A stretch of DNA of 32,000 bases from the NCBI GenBank assembly GCA_021498095.1, contig JAIZWK010000001.1, forward strand, positions 4,050,001 to 4,082,000. The letters are read 5' to 3'. The DNA comes from Candidatus Harpocratesius repetitus (GTDB taxonomy: Archaea; Asgardarchaeota; Lokiarchaeia; Sigyniarchaeales; Promethearchaeaceae). The notes under the pieces were generated by a model. The model saw only the letters and a list, made by a program, of their open reading frames with translations. It ran no database searches and was not told the DNA's origin. The position numbers and the translations under genes are program-made. Positions within the stretch are counted from its first letter, which is position 1; every line of letters starts with the position of its first letter. Positions 24,763 to 32,000 of this stretch are shown here, piece by piece.

Positions 24763-25977
24763 ATGACTATTTTACAAAAGAAGATATCAACAAGAGAAAT
24801 GCAAGTTTTAATGGCGTTAGAACAAAAACCATTAGGTACATATGAAGAACTGGCGAAGATTTCAAATATTTCAAAATCAGTAGTATTTGGTATTTTACGT
24901 AATCTTGAAAATCCAGAAAATCTTAATTCTCCTTATTTTACAGTTACTGCACATCCAAACTTGATCAATTTAGGTTTAGAAATAGTCGATGTTATAGCGA
25001 CAATTAGTAATCGGCGCCAATTAATTGATTTAATAAAAATAGGAATCGCTCATCCTTATACAGTGTATCAAGCTTTAATTTATGGAACTTCAAATGGAAT
25101 GTTAAATCAATTTCGTATTCCGATTGGAAGTCATGATTATATCAAGAAATTATTTAATAAATTAGAAAAAGAAAGAATAATTGAATCTTATTCCTATCAT
25201 AGATATAATCCTAAAGCATTGTATAATGCAACAAAAGTTTCAAGTTGGAATCCTGAAACGAATTCATGGGATTTCTCATGGAAAGAATGGTTTGAATCAG
25301 ATATTTCAAAAATCAGTAATGAAAAAATCGATCTTTCATCTCAATATCCACCAACGCTTGGAAGATCAAAAAAATGGATAAAGCGAAGTGATCTTGCCAT
25401 ATTATCTGAACTAACTGCAAATACACGCCGTAAGAATATAGAAATTATGGAAGCTTTAATAAAACGCAATCCACAATACGAATTTACACCTCAGACTTTT
25501 GGACGCCATTTAAAGCGTATTAATGATGAATGTATTTCATATCATAGAGTTTTCTTTCATGCACTAGAGAGTGATCAAACCAATGCAATCTTAATTCAAG
25601 GACACGCTACACAATCAAAAATAAAACAACTCATTCGCAGAATACGATCACAATCCATTCCATTTAATTCAGTTTTTAAATTTAATGAAGAAGAAATAAA
25701 TTGGTTTGTAAAACTTCCTGCTTCGAAAATCCATCCATTATTACCTCGTTTATTGTATTATATAAAGGATTTACACTTTTTCATGGTAGATTCTAATAGT
25801 GCTTATGCCTATCAACTCTATCCAGGAACATTTGATGAAAGTAAAAAAGATTGGATTGTAAATGAGAAATTTATGGTAGAAAATGTTATTGATGAGATAA
25901 ATATGGATAATTTTTTTCATGATAAAGAAAAACAAAAAATCTATGAAATTTTTGGGCACCAACGAATAGTTCTTTAA
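24763..25977 (+). CDS. Tandem Lrp/AsnC-like winged-HTH transcriptional regulator
   Basis: Two HTH units: 'ISTREMQVLMALEQKPLGTYEELAKISNISKSVVFGILRNLE' and 'IKRSDLAILSELTANTRRKNIEI...QTFGRHLKRI', each followed by an alpha/beta domain. Confidence 0.7.
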   Translation: MTILQKKISTREMQVLMALEQKPLGTYEELAKISNISKSVVFGILRNLENPENLNSPYFTVTAHPNLINLGLEIVDVIATISNRRQLIDLIKIGIAHPYTVYQALIYGTSNGMLNQFRIPIGSHDYIKKLFNKLEKERIIESYSYHRYNPKALYNATKVSSWNPETNSWDFSWKEWFESDISKISNEKIDLSSQYPPTLGRSKKWIKRSDLAILSELTANTRRKNIEIMEALIKRNPQYEFTPQTFGRHLKRINDECISYHRVFFHALESDQTNAILIQGHATQSKIKQLIRRIRSQSIPFNSVFKFNEEEINWFVKLPASKIHPLLPRLLYYIKDLHFFMVDSNSAYAYQLYPGTFDESKKDWIVNEKFMVENVIDEINMDNFFHDKEKQKIYEIFGHQRIVL

Positions 25978-26344
25978 CTTCAACTTATTAATTATTCCTA
26001 AAGAGAACCATCAGAGAAAAAGAAAAGAGCTATTTTTATTTTTTCTAACAACAAAATTACTTAATCACATTTTAAAGCAATCATTTACAAAGTATTGACT
26101 CAAAATTTGCCAATACACGCATTTCTCCATTTTCTAACCAAATAACTGCTTGTTTCTCTTCGTTTCCAAAATTAATTGATTTAACATTGTTAAAGATGGA
26201 TATTTTTCCATTTTTTTCATATATTTGAACAATCATCTATTCTCATCTGGAATCACGGGAATTATTACTTCTAATCTTAATTTTTGTTCTTATAATCTCT
26301 AGATTTTTGGTGTTGATAAGTTTTAATTGAATAATCCTTTTAGA

Positions 26345-26539
26345 TTAATTTGAATCAATGCATATAGAATCTACATTTCTAAACGATTTAAGCCCTATAC
26401 CTAAAATAAATACCGTAATTTCCGAAGTTTGTGTATTTATACCAAATGATTCGACATTTGAAAGGTTATATTTCAATTGATTATCCTTATAGAGAAAAAC
26501 ATTCATATTTTTATCCTGATTATTTTTTAATTCATACAT
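26345..26539 (-). CDS. Small hypothetical protein
   Basis: 64-aa ORF in an otherwise empty gap, with protein-like alternating beta pattern and no family recognised. Confidence 0.35.
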   Translation of the reverse strand: MYELKNNQDKNMNVFLYKDNQLKYNLSNVESFGINTQTSEITVFILGIGLKSFRNVDSICIDSN

Positions 26540-26736
26540 TTGATATTTATTTATTTCACCAATAGTATTAAAGTTATTTTATTAAAATGCTTGAAATTAC
26601 AATTTTTATTCGAGTTTTGTTTGATTTCTTTTATGAAATAAGATTAAAGTTTGATTAGAATAATGATTATAAAAAAACTTGAAAGAAAAAAAAATGAAAA
26701 AAGGATAAGCAATTAAATTAATAATAATCTTTTATC

Positions 26737-28770
26737 CTATAATGTGAAATAACTGCCGGTGTTTCCATCAAATTCCATAGGAGCATCGCCACCAGTGTGT
26801 GGATAGTCTGCTGCTGCATGAGCAAAGGCATCTTCCATAGCTGTTGTAGCGCTACTACCATAATAATTAATTAAAGTATATTCTAAGAAATAATAGGTCC
26901 ATGCTCCATTTTGATGAGTGCTGTCATCATAACCATAGCCATTTTCTGTGCATGTTGTAGTACAATATACTTTTGCAGCGTTACCCATTGCCATTAAATC
27001 AGGACCAATTCCACCTGAATAGCAGTGATCAATAAACACGAAAATATCATCAGCGATAGCGGTTTGCAAAATCGCAGCAATTTCGGTGTCGTAAAGATCA
27101 CCATCTTCACCATCTTCTCCAGAAGCGCAATCCCATGCACAAATATATGAACTACCTGCACCGTCTCCAGAACCATGTCCTGAAGTGATATAAGCGATTT
27201 CACCACTTTGATCGGCTAACCAATTCAAATAATATTTGATATTGTACTCGGTTGCTATTCCATCATATTTAGGATAGTTTGCAGTGTTGGTGTCTCCTAA
27301 TACGATGATATTGCTGGATTCGTAGCCGATTGAAATCAAGTAGTTATACCAATCGGTAGCGTCTTCATCACAATAAGATAAATCATTGATTGCTTTATAA
27401 TCGGAAATTCCAACAATTAAAGCATATTTTCCTCCAGTATTTGGAACATTGTCAACAGTAATACTGATTGAATCTTCACCATAATTTCCTGCTTCATCAT
27501 AAGCTTGAACTGTTATTGTATGGCTTCCTTCACTAAGAGTGGTTGTATCAACACTCCATGAATATGGACTGGTTGAATCAACTGTCCATGAACCGCTATC
27601 GATTTTCATTTGAGTGTAACTAACTCCTACATTATCGCTGGCAGTGGCAGTAACTGTAATTGTTCCGCTCACAGTATCACCGTCCGCTGGAGCAGTGATC
27701 GATACGGTCGGAGCAGTGTAGTCTCCGTTAGCATTAGTATAATATGAAACTGTAGCAGTGTAGGCTGTGCTACTGGCACTAGAAGTATACATTCTTACTG
27801 CAATGTAGTAAGTTCCTGCAGTTTGAATTACATAAGAGCAAGTTTCTGGATTGTTGGTAGTATAACCACGAGCTAAATAATTGGTGTAGTCAGGTGTTGT
27901 GCAGATATAACAATCGATATCATAAGAATTACCCCAACTTACGGAGACAGTCATCTCTCCAGGTTCGACATCGGTTAATTCAAAATAATCGACTTCATAA
28001 CCTGCGACTGCATCATTAAATTCTCTGGTAATCAATTGAGTTTGACTGGGAGTATTGTCTACGGTAATAGAAATGCTATCTTCACCATAATTTCCCGCAG
28101 CATCAAATGCTTGAACAGTAATGGTGTGGGCACCGTCAGATAAAGCTGTTGTATCTACGCTCCAAGAATAAGGACTTGTTGAATCGGTAGTCCATGATCC
28201 ACTATCAATCTTCATTTGGGTGTAACTAACACCTACATTATCGCTGGCGGTAGCAGTAACAGCTATTGTTTCGCTTACTGTAGCGCCATTAGATGGAGCG
28301 GTAATTGAAACTGTGGGTGCTGTGGTGTCAGCGGTTCCACCAGTATAATATTTCACAGTTGCAGTATAACTTGTACTTGATGCATACCATGTATACATAC
28401 GAACAGCAATATAGTAAGTTCCTGCAGTTTGTATATTGTAGGAACATGTTTCAGGATTGCTGGTAGTATAACCACGCGCCAAGTAATTGGTATAATCAGC
28501 AGTTTCACAGATATAGCAGTCGATATCATAGCTGTTTCCCCACGAAACAGACAATTCCATCAATCCAGGTTCAACATTGGTAATTTCAAAGTAATCTACC
28601 TCATATCTCGCCACAGCACCGGTAAAGGTATCTGTGGTTTGAGTTGCACGTATACTTCGAACATTTTGTGTAGAAGAAGCAACAATATTTGATGAAAATG
28701 CGAGAAAAAGGGAGAAAACAATTGCAAATCCAACCCCAAACCCAATTATTTTTTTTTTATAACCCTTCAT
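26737..28770 (-). CDS. Secreted caspase-fold (clan CD, C14-like) protease with two tandem [PPC-like + bacterial Ig-like] modules
   Basis: Signal peptide; duplicated module 'YEVDYFE...LSVSWGNSYDIDCY...GTYYIAVRMY...DTTAPTVSITAP...DNVGV...DG.HTITVQA.D.AGN'; protease domain 'KYALIVGISDY', 'YCDEDA', catalytic 'TSGHG' and 'IDHCYSGG'. Confidence 0.85.
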   Translation of the reverse strand: MKGYKKKIIGFGVGFAIVFSLFLAFSSNIVASSTQNVRSIRATQTTDTFTGAVARYEVDYFEITNVEPGLMELSVSWGNSYDIDCYICETADYTNYLARGYTTSNPETCSYNIQTAGTYYIAVRMYTWYASSTSYTATVKYYTGGTADTTAPTVSITAPSNGATVSETIAVTATASDNVGVSYTQMKIDSGSWTTDSTSPYSWSVDTTALSDGAHTITVQAFDAAGNYGEDSISITVDNTPSQTQLITREFNDAVAGYEVDYFELTDVEPGEMTVSVSWGNSYDIDCYICTTPDYTNYLARGYTTNNPETCSYVIQTAGTYYIAVRMYTSSASSTAYTATVSYYTNANGDYTAPTVSITAPADGDTVSGTITVTATASDNVGVSYTQMKIDSGSWTVDSTSPYSWSVDTTTLSEGSHTITVQAYDEAGNYGEDSISITVDNVPNTGGKYALIVGISDYKAINDLSYCDEDATDWYNYLISIGYESSNIIVLGDTNTANYPKYDGIATEYNIKYYLNWLADQSGEIAYITSGHGSGDGAGSSYICAWDCASGEDGEDGDLYDTEIAAILQTAIADDIFVFIDHCYSGGIGPDLMAMGNAAKVYCTTTCTENGYGYDDSTHQNGAWTYYFLEYTLINYYGSSATTAMEDAFAHAAADYPHTGGDAPMEFDGNTGSYFTL

Positions 28771-29175
28771 AACTTCATAACCTCATATGTAACCAAGATC
28801 TATCAAACATTCATATGCATAAGGAAAAAAATACTTATACTGATGATTAATAAAACAATCTTAGTTACACTATTTGATATTTTATTCATATCTATATAAA
28901 TCTTTCTGAATATAATACTAATAATTTAATGACATTTCTACACTTTCGATCTATATTCTAATTTATTTTCGAGCTAATAACTTAAAATCGCGAGTTATTT
29001 ATTCCCAAAATGAGTAGAATAATGTGACGCAACCCCTTCTGTATTTATTTTTTTCTTTTTCAAAAAGTCTTAGTTAATTTATCTGGATAACAATAATGTA
29101 TAGAGATAGACGAATACTAAATTTGAAAAATGAACTTTACCAAATTTTATAGGTGCATTTATCCATTTACTGATT

Positions 29176-30300
29176 ATGGTGGATACAAATACAATTCTTT
29201 ACTTTATAATCTCATGCTTATTTGGAATTCTTTTATTACTTTTCTTAATTCAATCAATTCATTTTAAAAGATCGGTTCCTTTTTTTATTGGCAGCCTTTC
29301 ATTTGGATTTATGGGAGCGATTTTTGCAACATTACGAGGTTTTGGGCTTTCAACTCCAGGTCAAATAGATAATCTTTTTCTAGCAGTTCAACTTTCATGT
29401 TACGGATTGCAGATCTTCTTATTTTTTCTGTTTCTAAGAAGTTTGGAATCAACCGACCATCATCTATTGTTTCTTATTATGAGCTTTGGATTTTTACTTT
29501 TGCAAGTTGTTGGATTATGGTCTATTGTTATTTACGATGCATATCCTGTTGTAAAAGAAAATATGTGGCTTTTAGCCGATATGGGCTATAGTCTTAATGC
29601 CCTGTTAGTATATGCACTAAATGGAATCCCTATTTATTTACATATGAGAAAGAAAACAAATGAGCAAAAGCCGTTGTTTTTTGCAATTTCATTAACTGTA
29701 GTATCATTGGGTTATTTTTATTTACTTTTCTTTGATTTACAATCTTATTTTGGTGTTACTCCAGAATGGTACAGTGCGATATCAATAATTGGAGATTTAT
29801 TTCCACTTTTAGGATTATTTGGATTTTTAATTCTTTACCTTACTGATTTTAATTATCTCTATCGCTTACCTTCACAGAATTATATTCTTGTTGTATCTAT
29901 GAAGTATGGGCCCGCAATACATGCAGTCGAATTTGAAAATAATATGCAAATTTCGCTGCAGAAAGATTTAATTGCTGGACTTATCAGTGTGATAAATAAT
30001 CTTTTTAAAATAAAATTAAAAGCGGAAAAACCTCTGAATTTGATTAAAAGTGATGAAGTGAGTATATTACTTAAATCAGGCAGATATGTTACGGTATTTA
30101 TTATCACAGAATCTATCTCTGGTGTGCTAAATCGCGCCCTAAGTCGCTATATTTCTGAATTTGAAAAAAAATTTCAAAAAGAATTGGAAGAAGATATCAA
30201 AAGAGTGGAAATTTTCAATAAAGCAGAAGAATTAATAGGCAGTATTTTCCCGTTTTTGAAAATAAAGCGAGTTATAACAGGATTTGGGCAAGAAAATTAA
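29176..30300 (+). CDS. Seven-TM membrane protein with a C-terminal longin/roadblock-like domain
   Basis: Seven hydrophobic segments in aa 5-225, then 'YRLP...ILVVSMKYG...DLIAGLISVINNLFK...ILLKSGRYVTVFII...ALSRYISEFEKKF'. Confidence 0.7.
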   Translation: MVDTNTILYFIISCLFGILLLLFLIQSIHFKRSVPFFIGSLSFGFMGAIFATLRGFGLSTPGQIDNLFLAVQLSCYGLQIFLFFLFLRSLESTDHHLLFLIMSFGFLLLQVVGLWSIVIYDAYPVVKENMWLLADMGYSLNALLVYALNGIPIYLHMRKKTNEQKPLFFAISLTVVSLGYFYLLFFDLQSYFGVTPEWYSAISIIGDLFPLLGLFGFLILYLTDFNYLYRLPSQNYILVVSMKYGPAIHAVEFENNMQISLQKDLIAGLISVINNLFKIKLKAEKPLNLIKSDEVSILLKSGRYVTVFIITESISGVLNRALSRYISEFEKKFQKELEEDIKRVEIFNKAEELIGSIFPFLKIKRVITGFGQEN

Positions 30301-30315
30301 AATTTTTTTATATGT

Positions 30316-30579
30316 AATTCTCCCGACTCAAATCTAAAATATCCTTCCTTATTTTTTGTCGTTTTAACCAAGGGGCCAAATTCAAGATAGGTAAATCAAG
30401 AATTATAATAAAATCGACTTCAGATTGAAGAATTTATAAACAGGATGGTAAATTTTTAATAAATTCTTTGAAAAAATCGAGTTCGACAAAAAAAGAATTG
30501 CGATATTTCAGATTTAAGTCGGATATATATAAATGATATTCAAAAAAGCGTTTAAATTAAAAAAGATAAAATATCCTCA
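30316..30579. repeat. 264-bp non-coding structured repeat, copy B (inverted relative to copy A)
   Basis: Reverse complement of 19915-20178 with 17 mismatches. Confidence 0.92.
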
Positions 30580-30604
30580 GTTAATATTATTCAATTTTTT
30601 ATTC

Positions 30605-31012
30605 TTATTCACGTATAAAATGTCCAATAAAGCGCTCATAACGACCAGGTAGAATTCCTTCTGATGCTAAATAAATCAACCAAGCATGGATCTCGGTTTG
30701 CCATTGATAGAACACATCAGCATCAGTGCTTATTCGACCATTTATTGTATACGGCCGAACTTCTGTCATATACCCTGCTTCAGAAATTACAGCAGTAGCT
30801 AAATCTTTTAAATATATATCATCTTGAACGCTAAGAATTGCCCGGCTGAAAGCTTGAACTAATCGATTAATGAGATTTTCATAAATATTTCCTGCAAAAC
30901 CTTTAAGTATGCCTCCTATCATCCCCATTTGACCCGGATCTGTTCTTCTTTTTGCGAATGGCAGTAAGGTGGCTTCAATTTTTCTAATTTCCGATTCACT
31001 CATAGTAATCAT
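30605..31012 (-). CDS. Hypothetical protein
   Basis: 135-aa ORF with normal composition and no recognised motif. Confidence 0.6.
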   Translation of the reverse strand: MITMSESEIRKIEATLLPFAKRRTDPGQMGMIGGILKGFAGNIYENLINRLVQAFSRAILSVQDDIYLKDLATAVISEAGYMTEVRPYTINGRISTDADVFYQWQTEIHAWLIYLASEGILPGRYERFIGHFIRE

Positions 31013-31161
31013 TTTTATTTAATTCTCTTTGTTTTTAAAATTTCAGCAATGTTTAAAAAGAAACATTAAAGTAGTATAAAAAAAACTCCTAAATAGGATA
31101 ATAAAAGTGGTTCAATAATTAGTCAACCTTGATCAAATACATAGGATACGAGCTTACCATT

Positions 31162-32000
31162 ATGCGTCATTATAATCGAAATTTCATACCCAAATCATTA
31201 CAACGGATCATTGAAAATCCAGAAGCCTATACTATAATGAAAAATGTATCCCCACTTTCACTTTTTAACATTGGTAAGATTTGGTTAAAATACCAATCTG
31301 TAGCACAACCCATTCCAAATATGGTAAATTTAACCGAAATCAGCAAAAATTTCAATAACGTACTTATTGTAGGTGATACTCATGGTGATTTTACTTCTAC
31401 TTTACGAATAACCCGAGCTTTTTTTGAAAAAAAAGTGGATGCATTGGTTTTTATGGGCGATTATGTTGATAGAGGTGAATATGGATTTTTAAATTTAATG
31501 TACCTTATAGGATTGAACCTAGCATGGCCAGATAGGGTCATTTTACTTAGAGGAAATCATGAAGATATGGCAATAAATTTAGTTTTTGGATTTTATCAAG
31601 AATTACAAAGATACTTTGAAAATCCAGATATATTTAAAGCAGTGCAATCCACTATTGAAGCAATTTATGATTTGATGTCTTTAGCAGCAATTACTCCCTT
31701 AGATTCGTTATGTATTCATGCAGGTATTCCAAAGATCGCTTTTCCTCTAAATATTTTAAATCAAATGCCCAAACCTCATTCAGAATTTAATTCAATAACT
31801 GATCTTCAACTAAAAAAAGAACTTAAAGAGATTTTTACACAAATTCGATGGAACGATCCAACCGAAAATGAACAAGAACATCCTAATGCGCGCTCTTATC
31901 ACGGTTTTTTCTTTTTTACAGAACCAGAACTTAAAGCTTTCTTGAAAATGAATCATTTAAAGCGAATTTACCGCTCACACGAACATCCAAGAGGTATTTT
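31162..32000 (+). CDS. Ser/Thr protein phosphatase, PPP family (3'-partial; absent from the ORF track)
   Basis: Hand translation from ATG 31162 gives the PPP signatures GDTHG, GDYVDRG, RGNHE, HAGIP, RWNDP and RSHE, with no stop before the window end. Confidence 0.92.
   Translation, partial: MRHYNRNFIPKSLQRIIENPEAYTIMKNVSPLSLFNIGKIWLKYQSVAQPIPNMVNLTEISKNFNNVLIVGDTHGDFTSTLRITRAFFEKKVDALVFMGDYVDRGEYGFLNLMYLIGLNLAWPDRVILLRGNHEDMAINLVFGFYQELQRYFENPDIFKAVQSTIEAIYDLMSLAAITPLDSLCIHAGIPKIAFPLNILNQMPKPHSEFNSITDLQLKKELKEIFTQIRWNDPTENEQEHPNARSYHGFFFFTEPELKAFLKMNHLKRIYRSHEHPRGI

Noticed and set aside
26737-28770. Higher GC of the caspase-fold gene as evidence of horizontal transfer
   Set aside because: Sampled lines are GC-richer, but the protein is rich in Thr/Ala/Gly/Asp/Ser, which explains this without transfer.
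29176-29850. Rhodopsin (7TM)
   Set aside because: No retinal-binding Lys in the seventh helix (ISIIGDLFPLLGLFGFLILYL) and no rhodopsin motifs.
3181-30107. Many short ORF-track entries overlapping longer genes or tRNAs (e.g. 3181-3366, 3583-3765, 4843-5079, 5854-6210, 8302-8490, 9365-9559, 9875-10141, 10508-10798, 11301-11507, 12032-12259, 12796-13092, 15291-15593, 16414-16998, 18722-18907, 20157-20357, 24417-24751, 25181-25381, 26994-27206, 28429-28692, 29397-29591, 29880-30107)
   Set aside because: Antisense or alternate-frame shadows of well-supported genes, or AT-rich intergenic ORFs, with no motifs.
19915-30579. Composite transposon or integrated virus bounded by the 264-bp inverted repeats
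   Set aside because: No transposase, integrase or viral gene inside, no target-site duplication seen, and the cargo includes a tRNA and unrelated chromosomal-type genes.

Overview
AT-rich chromosomal window that looks like an Asgard archaeon, most likely Lokiarchaeia/Promethearchaeia. This is inferred from several longin/roadblock-like ORFs, a 7TM-longin fusion, an H-x-C-type SWIM protein, a tandem Lrp-type regulator, a CTP-dependent riboflavin kinase/regulator and intron-containing archaeal tRNAs. Recognisable genes include hcp, a renal-type dipeptidase, a SAM methyltransferase, an MFS transporter, an RHH/UPF0175-PIN toxin-antitoxin pair, a MoxR AAA+/vWA/SWIM three-gene cluster, an SDR sugar epimerase, a secreted caspase-fold protease, a PPP-family phosphatase running off the right edge, tRNA-Thr(GGT) and tRNA-Met(CAT). 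The strongest unexplained signals are five. (1) A 264-bp non-coding element occurs twice in inverted orientation (19915-20178 and 30316-30579; 17 mismatches by hand count, no indels) and folds into a long closing stem whose wobble pairs all fall on one strand. (2) An F-box-like motif is hidden upstream of a hypothetical ORF, apparently cut off from its ATG by a 1-nt loss. (3) A decayed tandem copy of the intron-containing tRNA-Thr lies just downstream of it. (4) The MoxR has a Walker-B Asp-to-Asn change and a basic repeat tail, and its vWA partner starts with a MoxR-lid-like domain. (5) Several genes are truncated or disrupted. No CRISPR array, rRNA, transposase or integrase was seen. All family assignments come from motif recognition by eye, not database searches.
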